Source: the human T2T-CHM13v2.0 reference genome, Homo sapiens
Assembly (NCBI RefSeq): GCF_009914755.1
Contig: NC_060935.1
Strand: one strand, 5' to 3'
Length of the DNA: 64,000 nt
Positions within the stretch are counted from its first letter, which is position 1. The number at the start of each line of letters is the position of its first letter. Below, piece after piece: positions 1 to 12,540 of this stretch. The position numbers were made by a program, and so were the translations under genes. The notes beneath the pieces are model-generated. The model was not told where the DNA came from and did no database searches. It saw only the letters and a list, made by a program, of their open reading frames with translations.

Positions 1-340
1 CAGAATTCCCCTGTGCCAGGTGGGTCCCTGCTCCTGTTTCATCTGCAGGCTTCAACTCAGCTACCCAGGGCTCAGCCTGCTGGGATTTGGCACCTCTTGT
101 GAGGCTGTCATGGTATCTGACCCTTGCCTTATCCTGCCCACCTCCGTGATGGGGTCCTGTTTCCATCTAGCATCGCCTACCCACTCCCATCTCATGCTGA
201 CAACTCACAGGAACTGGTGCTTCTCAGACCCCTCTGGTCCAGATGGGTGAATGCAGAGCCTGACAGGCCCACCTATACACATGTATGCACCCCTGCCCAA
301 CAGAGACAGAGAGAAACATTGCTGAGCCAGAGGGACCATT

Positions 341-346
341 TTTATT
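341..346 (-). terminator. Poly(A) signal AATAAA of long MAP6 mRNA
   Basis: tttatt on + strand about 120 nt after the stop codon, followed on the minus strand by a GU-rich tract (tgtttctctctgtctctgttggg, ~295-319). Cleavage expected near 320. Confidence 0.85.
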
Positions 347-463
347 AGATTCCAGCAAGACTACTGTACATGTTTCATGCAGATTAAATATGTGTCTTCA
401 CTGCCCCTGGGAGGGGAGCACTCTCACTGTCAGCTCCTTCATTGGTGTGTCAAGGGGTGAGTG

Positions 464-1589
464 TCAAGGGGAGCTCTCAATGTATTCCGTATGGGGGGCA
501 GTTGGGATCATGACTCGGGGTAGAGGTGAGACAGTAGGTAGCTGAGGGTCCCTGGGACCTTGAGTCTTCAGAGGTTCAGGGACTGCAGGACCTTGGTCCT
601 TTGCTGGTACTGGCACCAGAGGATCTTGATCCTTCAGAGGCACTGGGACTATAGGAACTTGATTCTTCAGAGGTTCAGGGACTATACGACCTTGATTCTT
701 TGGAGGCTGTAGGACTGTGGGGCCTTGATCCTTAACTAGTACTGGGAGAATGGGGTCTTGATTCTTCACGGACTCGGGGACCACAGGACCTTGATTCTTT
801 ACAGGTGCCACAACTGCAGAATCGTGACCCTTTGCATGCTCTGGGACTACAACATCTTGATCCTTGACTGGCCCTGAGACCACTAAACCTTGATTCTTTA
901 CAGGCTCAGAGACCATGGAACCTTGATTCTTTATGGGTGCTGTGGCCATGGCACTTTCATCCTTCGGATGCTCTGGGACCATGGGATCTTGATCCTTGAT
1001 AGGTGCTGAGACCATGGGACCTTCATCCTTGACAGGTGCTGGGACTATGGGACCTTCACCCTTGACAGGTGCTGGGACTATGGGACCTTGATCCTTGACA
1101 GGTGCTGAGACCATGGGACCTTGATCCTTGACAGATGCTGAGACCATGGGACCTTCATCCTTGACAGGTGCTGGGACCATAGGAGCTTGATTCTTCACAG
1201 GCTCAGGAATCCTAGGACCTTGATCCTTTAGAGACTCTGGTACCACAGAGCCTTGATCCTTAACTTTTGCTGGAACCATAGGACTTTGATTCTTTGGAGG
1301 AACTGGGACCGAGGGACCTTGGTCCTTGACTGGTGCTGAGATAACAGGGCTTTCATTCTTTAAAGGCTCAGGGACCGTGTGATCTTGATCCTTGACTGGT
1401 AATGGGATCATGGGACCTAGATCCTTTGGAGGCCCTGGGACCACAGAACCTTGCTTCTTCAGAGGCTCTTGCACCATAGGACCTTGACCTTTCAGAAGGC
1501 CTGGGACCACAGAACCTTGATCCTTGTCTGGCTCTGTGGCTACAGGACCTTGAGTCTTACTTGAATCACTGACGGGTTGAGCCAGGCTC
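464..1589 (-). CDS. MAP6: MAP6 terminal coding exon (exon 4), C-terminal 11-aa repeat domain of the long N-STOP isoform
   Basis: Minus-strand acceptor tcacctctctctcctttgcag|G with AG at 1591-1590. Exon 3 'GA' plus 'G' gives Glu, then SLAQPVSDSSKTQGPVATEPDKDQGSVV..., in frame with ORF 464..1510 and ending HTEYIESSP-TGA. Its 374 residues plus 439 upstream give 813 aa, the recalled N-STOP length. Confidence 0.97.
536..1558 (-). repeat. Coding 33-bp tandem repeat, 31 units (consensus about K-D/N-Q-G-P-x-V-P-x-P-V)
   Basis: Lys recurs every 11 residues from KTQGPVATEPD to KTQGPRDPQLP with no indel. Confidence 0.95.
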
Positions 1590-2247
1590 CTGCAAAGGAG
1601 AGAGAGGTGATCACTGTGAGAGTAGAGCTCAGGCAGGGACAGGGCAGAGTACAGATTGCCTAATAAGTCTTGGCCTAGTGGAGCCTGGGCCGGGCAGCTC
1701 TTGCTGGAGAGCCAGGAGAATATGATTTCTGTGTTCTTAGTACAGAATGTGGGCGGGGGTGAGGGAGGGGGGTGAGGTGAAGGCTCAGGAATCAGTCATT
1801 CAATGTGCTTGCCAATTGATTATAACCTGCACGTGGCACAGGGGGTGGCACGCTGGTGACAATGGCAGTACTGTAGCTGGACTCGGAGTCATCCAGTAGG
1901 CATCCCAGCAGCCCGTCCACCCCACATTCCATCCAGGTCCCTACTTTTTCTTCTAGGATCGTTGGGCCCATCCTGGGAGCCCCATCTCAGCTGCCCACCA
2001 GATGCCCCCACAGGCCAGGGTGCTCTTTTCTTGTTCTCAGGGCCTTCAAAGTTCTTTTGCCTCCCTGACTCCCTGACCCCCTTGTTAAGTGCTGGCTGCA
2101 AGAAGGGGCAAGGGGTCCATGGCATACCAGGAAAGGAAGCAGTGGGAATGCCCCTCTCTCCCTCTCCTGCAAGGGGAAAAGTATTTTATCACTGACATTG
2201 TATAGAATGAGCAGCATATAGTGATAATAAAAAGCAGGCCAGCTATT

Positions 2248-2366
2248 AGTTTTTTGTTATTTGTTTTTGTAGAGACGGGGCCTCACTATGTCACCTAGGC
2301 TGTTCTTCAGCTCCTGACCTCAAGTGATCCTCCCACCTCAGCCTCCTGAATAGCTGGACTACAGGC
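2248..2366 (-). mobile_element. Alu left monomer (FLAM-like)
   Basis: T-rich tail then gtagagacgggg...caagtgatcctcccacctcagcctcc...tacaggc. Confidence 0.8.
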
Positions 2367-4109
2367 AGCTTTTAGCTTTATTGCTTTAAATTCTCCATAG
2401 ACAGTGCACCCTGTGATTGCATGCACCACTCCCACTACCCCCAACCTTTGCTAGGTGACTCAATGGGACTCCGCTTTCAGGTAGGGATGAGGCCCTGATC
2501 CCCTAACTCCATTCCCACTTCTGGCTCTCTCTGCTCTCCTGAGACCTTTGCCCTCACCAACTTCCAGGCTCTTGGGCTTATTTCCCTATAGCCAAGAGTC
2601 CCAGTCTTTCATCAGAATCCTCAGGCACTGTTCCCTCGCCTCACTGTGGCCGTCTGCCTCATCCCCTGGCCCACCCACACTGTGGAGAGCGTGTGACAAC
2701 ACTAACACTCAAAGGCAAGCATTGCCACACTTAGACCCGGCCAGCCTGGAGCCCTCTGGTTTAGAGTGCACACTCCTTCCTTGCAGGCCATGTTGGAAGT
2801 CGAGAGAGTGGCATTGCTCAGCAAGCATCACAGGCCCTTGCACGCCTACAACACATCCAGCTTTCCGAATGGCTCCCTTTTATAGCTCATTTCAGCAACA
2901 GAGCAGCCCTGTGAAGCACACAGGAAGGATTTTCTTACCCTTACTTGTCTGATGAAGAAAATGAGGTCATGAGAGGACAAGTGATGGGGAAAGTGAGGGG
3001 ACCCCCACGGACTAGCATCTGGATCCCTCCGCTCCTGGATCCTGTGCTCTTTCCCTTAGTGTGCCTGGCACATAGTAGGTGCTCAATGCAAGGTGACTAT
3101 TACTATTACTCTATTTATTGGGTATAATGATATTTACTCAGAAATCTATAATGATTAGAGGTCAGCACCTAGAGCACCTTGTACTATGGTATTATTGGGT
3201 AGTATTATGGTTGTTTTTCTGTTTACTTAGAAGTAAAATTATGTGTATTTGGACTGCTTTTATTCTTCTGTGTTGTCCTGATGCAGAAGCTTTTTACTGT
3301 ATTTAGCATCCTGAGCCACCCAGGGACTGGTATTTCTCAGCAGAGTCCACACAGCACAGGCAACCTCTCCATCTAGTTCCCCTGGCTGTCCCTGAGCATC
3401 ACAGTGGAAGGGGCCAGGGCAGCTCTCTGGCTCAGCATGATATGGAACACAGCTGCTCTGGCCAGATAGACACAGTTGGCTGCTATCAGTAGGACCTTAG
3501 TGTTTGAGAAGAGAGCCAGGCAAGGCTGTGAGAAGCATGTGGAATCCAAAAATGGCATTAAAATACCTCCAGTCACTGGTGGCTGGTCAGAGAGGAAAAA
3601 AGAAAAACCGAATTCAGAACAGAGCCAAGCAGGAAATTGATTAGGTGTATTCTCTTAGATTGTGAAGCGACCTGGGTGGTGTCCTCCCAACAGGGTGAGG
3701 AAGCTGAGAAGGGACAAAAGAAAAAAAAGGGAGCTTAACTCCATCTCAGGGGCTTGGGCTGCAGAACCTATCCCAAGGGTAGGACATGGGCCTGGAGTCT
3801 CCTGCTGGCCTGGAGGTCACAAAGAAGGCCAGCCCTGCAGCCTGGGCCAGGAAGTACATTTCCTTGAATATCTACAGCATTGGCTCCTGTGCCACCTACC
3901 AAATTTCTGTTTAATGGGCTCTTCTGTTTAATGAGCCAGTTGTGAGCTAGCCTCAACTTTGCATGGATACATAACCCCATATTGCTTAGGTTAGAAAACT
4001 TTTTTCTTTAGTGGGTATCTTTAATCATGGGAAGGTTATAATTAAGATTAAAATGATGAATTAAATCAAGTCCCCAATATTACTTTTTTAATATTAAGTT
4101 TAAGAAAAA

Positions 4110-4395
<286 letters not shown>

Positions 4396-5849
4396 TTAGG
4401 AAAAATGTGCATAGATTTAGTTCAAAGGTATTTGTAATGTTTAAGATAATTTAGCGTATTAGAATGTCTAACAGATTAGCTTTGTAATCCCAATATAAAA
4501 TGTGTAACGGAATAATTAAATTAGATGTATAACCTAAAGCTGAAAGATATGACAGTTTTACACATTTTTAAACAACGATGGAACTTTTATGACAAGCCAA
4601 TGGTCACCATATTTTTAATCTTAATTTATTTAAAATTATTCATAATTTAATTTATATTTAGGGTAATTGAATTAAGCTATAACATCCTCCTTAAAAGAGA
4701 TTGTTACATTTTACTAATTTTATTTTTGTTACTTTTTATTAAGCATTCATCTTTAAAATCCAAGCAGCCTGGACAGTTTTTCTATGCACGAAACTGCACG
4801 CAAGGGCACCGTGAAATCCTCACTGACACTGACTGGTCCTCACATGGTTCCAGTTGCCTGCCAGTCTCCCATCTGTAAAGTGCCCCACCTCCTCCGTGAG
4901 GCTGGTATGAATGAGGCAAAGCCACCCCCTCAGGGTGGAAGCTGGTTCGTGGCTTGGGGAGCAGAAGCAGGCTGCATTCAGCCCACTCAGGCCACAGGCC
5001 AGCTGTCCTTGGGCATGGCCCAACCTGCACAACCAAATCTGGTGCCCTGGGTCAGCAGCATATGTTCTCAAGACAGCATATGCCACGGGCGCCTTCTCCC
5101 AGCCTGTGCACCCCGAAAGCACTAACCTCTCAGAAAGTACAATGACCTGCTGGGCTGACCTTGGTTTCTGTGCTGCTTATTGCCTGAAAGGTCTTGGGCA
5201 ATTGTTTAACCACCGTAGACCTCAGTTTCCCCACCTATCAAGTGGGGATAACGATATAAATGTCAGGGATTATTACAACAGAAAATTTTGCTAGGTGGGC
5301 GTCTGGAATAACAATTCTTGATATTTTCAGAGTGCTTGGATAGTGCACAAATAAGTCCACTTCTGTAATAACTGTGATAGCAGTTTACTAAAATGCTCAT
5401 GCGTCTGTTGCCTTATGTCATTCAACCCTCACAGCAGTCCTGGGGGAACCCCATTTTCCCTGCATCATCCTCTCATGCTGTTTTGCACACTGCCAGCCCG
5501 GGCTGTCTGTTTCTGCTTCACCCACTTTTCTTTGTCAAGGCCCTGCCTGTCCTTGAAGGCTCCGCTCAGCTCCCACCTCCTCCCTCGTCTTCCTGCCTGT
5601 GTCTCTCCAGATTAGTTTCGTTTGCATCCCTGCTGCAGCACCGTCTCACAGTCTCTCTCTCCGCTTTCTCACATATCCCCACTGCAGGCCAGGCTCCCCC
5701 TGCTAGACAGAGAGCTCCCTGAAGACAGGGGCCAACCTCCTTGCCTGCAGCCCCAATGCCCAGCACAGTATCTGAAACAAAGAAGGCAAAATGGAAAGTT
5801 TTAAAAGTTATTGTTGCTGAAAGCTGGTTCATCCTCTATTCCTTAGCCC

Positions 5850-6682
5850 CTGCCAGAAACTCAGATTCATCCTTGATACCTCCCTCTCCCTCAAAACCCT
5901 CACCCCATCCATCAGGTCCCATTGATTTCAGCTCCTAACATTTATCTCTTGAATATTCCCACTTCTTTCCCTCCCTCCCTTCCCCTACCACCTGCTATGC
6001 CATCATCTACCTGGACCACTGTCACAGCCTCCTAACTGCTGTCCCCTGTTCCATGTATTCTTGCTCTCCTCCAACCCATTCTTCATACAGAAATCAGAAT
6101 GATCTTTTAAGAGAGCAAACCCTATCTTGTCCCTTCTTTGCTCACAACCTTTCAATACCTTCTCCTTGTACCAAGAACAAAGAAGAAAATGTGTTACACA
6201 GCCCCACCTAGCTGGCCAATCTACCCACTTCCTTACCCCTTCACCCCTCTCCTTCCTGCCTTTCCTGGCTTTCTGTGCCCAGCATTCTGTTCCTTCGGCA
6301 CGCCCTGCTCCTTCCCATTTTACAGCTTTTGCACATGCAGCTGTCTGCTCCTGGAATATTCTCTTGTTCCCTCTTCACCTGGCTAGTGTTTACTCAGCTG
6401 TCATCTCTCAGCTCACTGAAGCACTGCCCTGGGAAGGCTTCCCTGACCCCACAGTCATGGCCAGCCCCCTGCTACAGGCTCTCCTAGTCCCTGGCACTTG
6501 CTTTCCTCTCTTATCTCAGCTAATTCCTTGTATTCTTTTGGATTAATGTTTCTCCCACTAGACTGAAGTGTCCAGAGGGCAGGGACCATGTCAGTTTTGC
6601 ACATCATTGTATCCTCTGTACCTTAAATGAACAGTACCTGAGCCCAGGTGGGTTCTGACTTAATACTTGAGTGAATGAATAA
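5850..6682 (+). mobile_element. L2 3' portion (decayed)
   Basis: Pyrimidine-rich L2-like body ending ctagactgaag...gagggcagggaccatgtc...tgagtgaatgaataaa; boundaries approximate. Confidence 0.65.
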
Positions 6683-7239
6683 ACAACAGACTGTTCTGTG
6701 CCAGGCTCTGTCCTATTTGCAAAACTTAATGTTCCAAGGTTATATGAGACATCTTGTCTTAGACACTTCATTTTCTATCCTTCTTCCTGTTTCCATGGAG
6801 ACAAGGTAATGCCTCCTGAGTGCACACACACTGACATTGGATCCATACTTTCCAGAGTCTAGCAGCAGGATTACTGAGCCCTGTCCTCCACTGGATGGTG
6901 AAAGGACTTCACTCCCTCCCACTGATTCCTGCCCTTGCACACAATTCCAGTCCTATAGTCCATCCACGTGGTTTTTTTCTTCCCAGATTGTCTCCTGTTG
7001 CACCATCAAAGCAGCCAACAGCTGTGGCAATGCTCCTGGCATAGGGCATAATTCAGAGAGTGGGGAGCCTATGGACCCTGTCCTTGAATCTCCTGCCTTC
7101 CAGGGAAAGTGTGGGAGTGTGGGGCAGTGTGGAAAAGCCTTGAGGAAGAAAGACACTGAGCAATAACTATGGGCCAGGCTTGGTGCCAGACGTTTTAAGA
7201 TCTATTATTTCTCATGATGTAAAAAGCAACCTGCTATAG

Positions 7240-7460
7240 AGACAGTGCACTGACTGGGCTTGAGGCCCAGAGAGCTGGGTTTGAATGTGAATTCAACCCC
7301 CTCCTAGCCATAGGATGGCACTGGGGCACACATCTCCAGGCCTCAGTTTCCTTATCTATAAAAGGAAGATTAGAAGGTCCACCTTCTAGGGAGGATTAGC
7401 TTATGTGAATGCTCATGGCATGGCCCCTGGAATACAAGTGATGTTTAGCAAATGTTAATT
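7240..7460 (+). mobile_element. MIR
   Basis: Core cctcagtttccttatctataaaagg with MIR-like flanks. Confidence 0.6.
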
Positions 7461-10359
7461 CCAAAGCGGGGCTTGCTGATCTGGTCCATTTGTCTTGCTC
7501 CACAGATGGAAACTTGACCCAGAATGGACAAGTGATTCTCCAGGTCCAGGACTAAAACATGGGCCTCTCAACATCTCAGCAGGCAGGTGGAAGAGATGGA
7601 GCAAACTCACTTGGAGCAAAGATGGGCAGGAGGGGAACAGCGAAGCCCAGGCCAACGGCACCACAGGGCCCCTGGCAGAACATGGACAGAGACAGTGTGA
7701 TTCCAGGGCTCTGTTCCCTTGCTGCTGCCTCCATGGGCCCCGTACATGTGCTCATGATTCTTAGACACAAACAAAGCTCCCAACACAGTGATGGAAATGC
7801 AGCTGCCAAGGGGGATTGCCAAGGAAACCATCTTTGAAAGGCTCATTATTCTTATGAAGAATCTGCAGGAGACAGGAGTTCTCAAAACAACTCTCGCTCC
7901 GCCTCTATCCTCAACCGGACTCTGTGGGAGTGTCTCTTTTAGTAATTATCCTGTTCTTTGGTAATTATCTGCCTCTCCTGCTAGCCTGTGGGACTGTGTT
8001 TTCTTCATCTTTGCATCATGAGTATCTAGCACAGGGTCTGGCTCATTGTAGTACCTGGCAGATATTGGTGGGAAAAACACATGGCTGGTGTAGCTTCTTC
8101 TCTTTATTCACTTTTAATTTTTTTCTCTTTTATCCATTCACTGAACAAATCTACTGAGACCCTGCTCTGTGTCAGGCCCTCACTGGGGACACAGAAGTGA
8201 ATGAGAGCCAAGCCCTGACTTGGGGGAAGGAGCTCCTAGAGTGAGGCAGGAGACAGACCTGTAAACACACACCACAAACATGACGCCACCACCTGGGTAC
8301 AGGCACCACCTCCAAGCTGGGCCCTAAGCCTTATCGGCCTGTGTCTCTTCAAACCAGAGAGGCTCAAAGATCTTATTAGGGGCCAAGCTGTCACTTTGTT
8401 GGAGAAGTCTTCCCTCTCTATTCCATAAAAGCAAAACTCCAGAAGCCAAATCAAAGGTGCCCAGGGCTGGAAGGATAGACTGCTGGGCCATGGGTCTCCT
8501 GAGCCTCTGCTGCAATCTCCCTGGCAGGTGGCTGCCCAGCCGCTGCTCGCACTGCCTGGGGTGGGCTGCACATGCCTGGTGAGGCAGCCTCCTCCTCAGT
8601 GGCCACTGGTTAGACCTGAGCAGAAGCTTGCATTGCAGTCAGCTCCACTCCTTCCTATCTCTGCACTGATCCCTGTTTTGCACTCCAGGGCCACCCTTTT
8701 AGTGAATGCCCTGCTGGCTGCCCCAGGACAGTCTTTCAGGTATTTGAAGGGGGCAGCAACTGGGTCTGTATCCCTGGCTTCTCCAAGTAACACAAGCCCC
8801 ACAACAGTTCAGACTTGGTTCCCAGAGCCCTCACATTCCAACTGCCCTCCTTACAATGTGTCTCAGTTGGCTCTGTCCCTTGGACAGTGTAACTCCAGAA
8901 CTAAAGGCCACATTGTAGGTTGGTCTCCACACAGGACACACCTCCTCTGCCCTGGAGTCTATACCTCCAATGATCAGCCCAAGCAGCTCTAGCTTTATCA
9001 GTGCTGGCTGCCCAAACACCACCCCTCGCCATCCACTTAGCAACCTCTACTCCGTAACTGAAGAATCTTCCTCAGTGAAAAAACCTCTGAGCCTCTACTT
9101 CCTTTTCCTGTGTTCCCACAGTGCCCCCACCCCCACCCCCACCTTGGCAGCAGCCCTATCAGATCAGCTTCAATAGTTTTGTATCTGCCTCTCTAGACTG
9201 GGCACTTTCAGGCCAGGGACCATGCCTGCTTCATCTCTCTTTCCCTCTCTCCCTCCCCTCCTCTCCTCTCTCTCTTCCCTGCCTCTTGCCTCCTTCCGTA
9301 CTTCCACAAACATTTACTAAATGCCTACTATGTGCCAGGCCATAGGGATCACTAGCATAGGGCTGGCACATGGTAGGAGGCCTACTTTCTCAATGAGGAG
9401 TTTTAAAATAGCTCATACAAGATCAAATTCTAACAACCGCATTTACATGACATGAAAATGTTTTCCTATTTTTAACTTAGCACCTTTTTTGGCCCTCCAA
9501 ATGATAACATCTCTTTAAGGTTTCTGAGATAACTTTACATACAAGGCATTTGATTCTCACAACAATGGTGTCAGCCAGGCAGACAGAAAGCCCTCTCCTC
9601 ACCTTCCAGAAGCGAAAACGCGGTGCAGAAAGCTGAAGTAAGTTGCCCAAAGTCACATAGTGAGTTCGGGCAAAGTCAGGACCTTAATGGAGGAGCTCTT
9701 TCCTCTCTATAGTATCCCTCCTGGTGGAATATACAGATATAGAGATTCCAAATTTGTCTGTAGATGCCTGGACTGGGCTCGGCTTGAGATGACTCTGACT
9801 GGCTCTGGCTGGAGCCAATGACTTCTGCAGGTTCCAGCTCAGAGCTCCCAACTGCATCTCCTTAGAGAGTTGCCCCTCTGGGCCCAGGCCCCCAACAACC
9901 TGGCTGGCTACTCCCACTGCACAGCTCCCCCTACCCACCAGGTTTACTTCCTAGCATTCAGCCGACCCTGAAAAAGAAGACCTTAGCCCCAGAAAGCAGT
10001 GGCATCCTGCCTAAGAGTGCCCATCCACATTCACACCTGGAAGCCCTACCTGTGCAGCTGCCAATCAGTCTACCAGCCCAGGGCCACACTGAGTCCGCCA
10101 GATGTGGCTCATCACACAGAAACACCAGCTAGGACCACAGTTAGGAGAAATGCTGCCTCCACAAGACTTAATTCTGGGTCAGGGGTGGAGGGAGTGAACT
10201 GTGTAGATCAAACTCAGCATCTCTGACCTTCTTGTGACTCATTTTCCATAGACGAGAGTATGGAGAGTCATTGAACGTTTCAGAGCAAGCGAGGGACAGA
10301 GGAGGAGGCTGCTGTTTCAGGCGATGCACATCTCTGCAACAGGAATCCTACAGATAGTC

Positions 10360-10550
10360 CCAAGTGCTGGACAAGGAATGGGTTTTAGGGTCACCCAAAC
10401 CTGGGTTCACATCCTGGCTCACCACTTACAAGTTGTGTGACTTTGTTCCTTAATCACCGAGTTCTGATTTGTTTATCTGTAAATGGGAGTGACACCTGCA
10501 GACTCTAACCTTACTGTGAGGATTAAATGAGACGAAGTGTGTAAAGGCCA
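10360..10550 (+). mobile_element. MIR
   Basis: acctgggttcacatcctggctcaccacttac...atctgtaaatggg...gtgaggattaaatgag. Confidence 0.7.
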
Positions 10551-12077
10551 AGTAAAGGTTCATTCCCTCCCCCTAGGCTGTGGCAACTCTGCATTTTACA
10601 AAAGTCGAATCAAGATCTGGGGCCAGCCCCTAGTTCAGGTCTTTCCCTGCCACTCTGGGTTCCCTCCAGGCAGACATGTTCTTCTGAAATACAGGGAAAT
10701 GGTTGCACTTAGGTGGGTAAGTGGCTAGGTGGTTATGTTTTCTTTGTGGTTATTTACCTATTTATTTTTGCCAATGTTAAATACTTTTTCTAGATTTGGC
10801 CTGCTAAGGAGAACTAAATAAATTTCCAATTGTATGAGAAATATTTTTAAAGGCATTCTCGATTGTTTTAGCACCAAGAAGGCAAAGTCAAAGGCACAGC
10901 AGATTGTCCCAGTGGGCTGCCAGGAATCTAATAATTCTGCTAATGACCCTTTTTAAAATGTAAAGTGTTGGACTAAGGCAGCGCTCAATTCTTGTCTAAC
11001 ACTATGCTCCTGGGAACTTGCAAATCATCATTGTCTTCCCCCAACCCCCATCTAAAGCAAAGGATCGGATCTTGAGCAATTAATCAAAATTGGTTTCCTG
11101 CATCCAGAGGGGATCACTCCAAATGAATGTGGAATTGCAGAGATGGATCTGCACCAGCTGATTTATAGGGTGTGCTTAGAGAGCAGGGGCCAGATGAAAG
11201 GCTGGGGGACGGGAAGAGGCAGCAAGAGCCAACACTAGATGGCGTTAATCTCAGGCCATTGTGTGGCAGGAGTGGATTCACCTTGTGTAGCTCCAGCTGC
11301 CATACTGTTAGGGACCAGGGGCAGTAATTAACTGGGAAGCTGTGGTCAGCAAAACTACCCATAACATGAGCTATTGGCGAGGGCATTGCACACTCCAGTT
11401 TGCAGAGGACTTTTGCATGCCTCCCCATGGGGCCCTCACCGCAGGCCTGGGAATCAGGTATCCCTTGCTTTCAGAGCTCTTGCCACCTGCTATCCTGAAC
11501 TCTGGAAACAAACAGGTCGAAATAAATAAAATTATCCCTTGCTGGCCAAATTCTTGCTTCCTGAATTGGGAACCAAATATATTCGAAGAGTGATCGATAT
11601 TTGTATTATTGTTATCTATTGGAGGCTTAAAGAAATTAAGAGACTCAGTTAAGGTCACACAGCTAGTAAATAGTAGAGCTTGGATTTAGAACCAGGCCTG
11701 TTGGTTATAATCCTTGCTTGGAATTAGACATGCCTGTGAAATGTGTGGTGGTGGGGAGGGTCCTGTCACCCTAGAGTTAGGAGCCCTGAACTGAGCAGGG
11801 AGTGAGATTGGCCAACCTCTTAGATTACCCTGTAACCAAGGGCCCATGATTTTATGCAATCAAGACTGTTTAGAAAAAGTGGCTATCTAAAGTACAGAGG
11901 TATGCAGGCCTGAACAGAGGCCAGCCAGTAGAAAACCAGCCATTGACTGCTCTCTGGTCTGCAGTTGCTGTGACCTCTCACAAAACTGCCCCTTTCATGG
12001 GAGCAGAGACAGTTAATAGTCAGAGAAGAGCCTTGTGGAAGCACCATGGTGAATGTGGAGGCAGACAGTGAATCTCA

Positions 12078-12540
12078 TCATTCATTCACTCACTCATTTT
12101 TCATTCAATGAGCACTTTAGAAGACACTGTCTATGGTAGGCTTTGGGCCAGAAGCTAGGGCTACAAAGGTGAACAGAGATCTGGCCCTTGCCCTGGGGGA
12201 GCACGGTCTGGTAAGGGGGATACACACATGAGCGGATGACACAGTACATGTGGCAAGTTCCATCATGAAGACACACAGGGAGCAGCTTACCCAGCTTGGG
12301 AGGTGCGGGAAAGGCTTCCTGGAGCTGTCCCCTGAGCAGAGTCTTGAAGGATGAGTTAGCCAGGTGGAGAAGCAGGAGAAGGGCATTCCAGGCAGGTGGA
12401 CAGCAAGGGTAAAGGCATGGAGGTGAGAAGCAGCATGGTGCACCGAGGGAACAAGAAGCTTCTGCACCACGAGGAGCCCACGGATGGTTTAAAGCACGGG
12501 GTGACGTGGTCAGATTTGCATAAAGATCCCTCTAGCAGCT
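12078..12540 (-). mobile_element. L2 3' portion
   Basis: cattcattcactca tail followed by purine-rich antisense L2 body. Confidence 0.65.

Noticed and set aside
536-1558. 33-bp periodic array as a CRISPR-like repeat
   Set aside because: No repeat-spacer alternation; the units are contiguous in-frame codons of a spliced human exon.
4782-5294. Cluster of overlapping 60-130 aa ORFs
   Set aside because: Expected by chance in GC-rich intronic DNA; no domain similarity or exon structure recognised.
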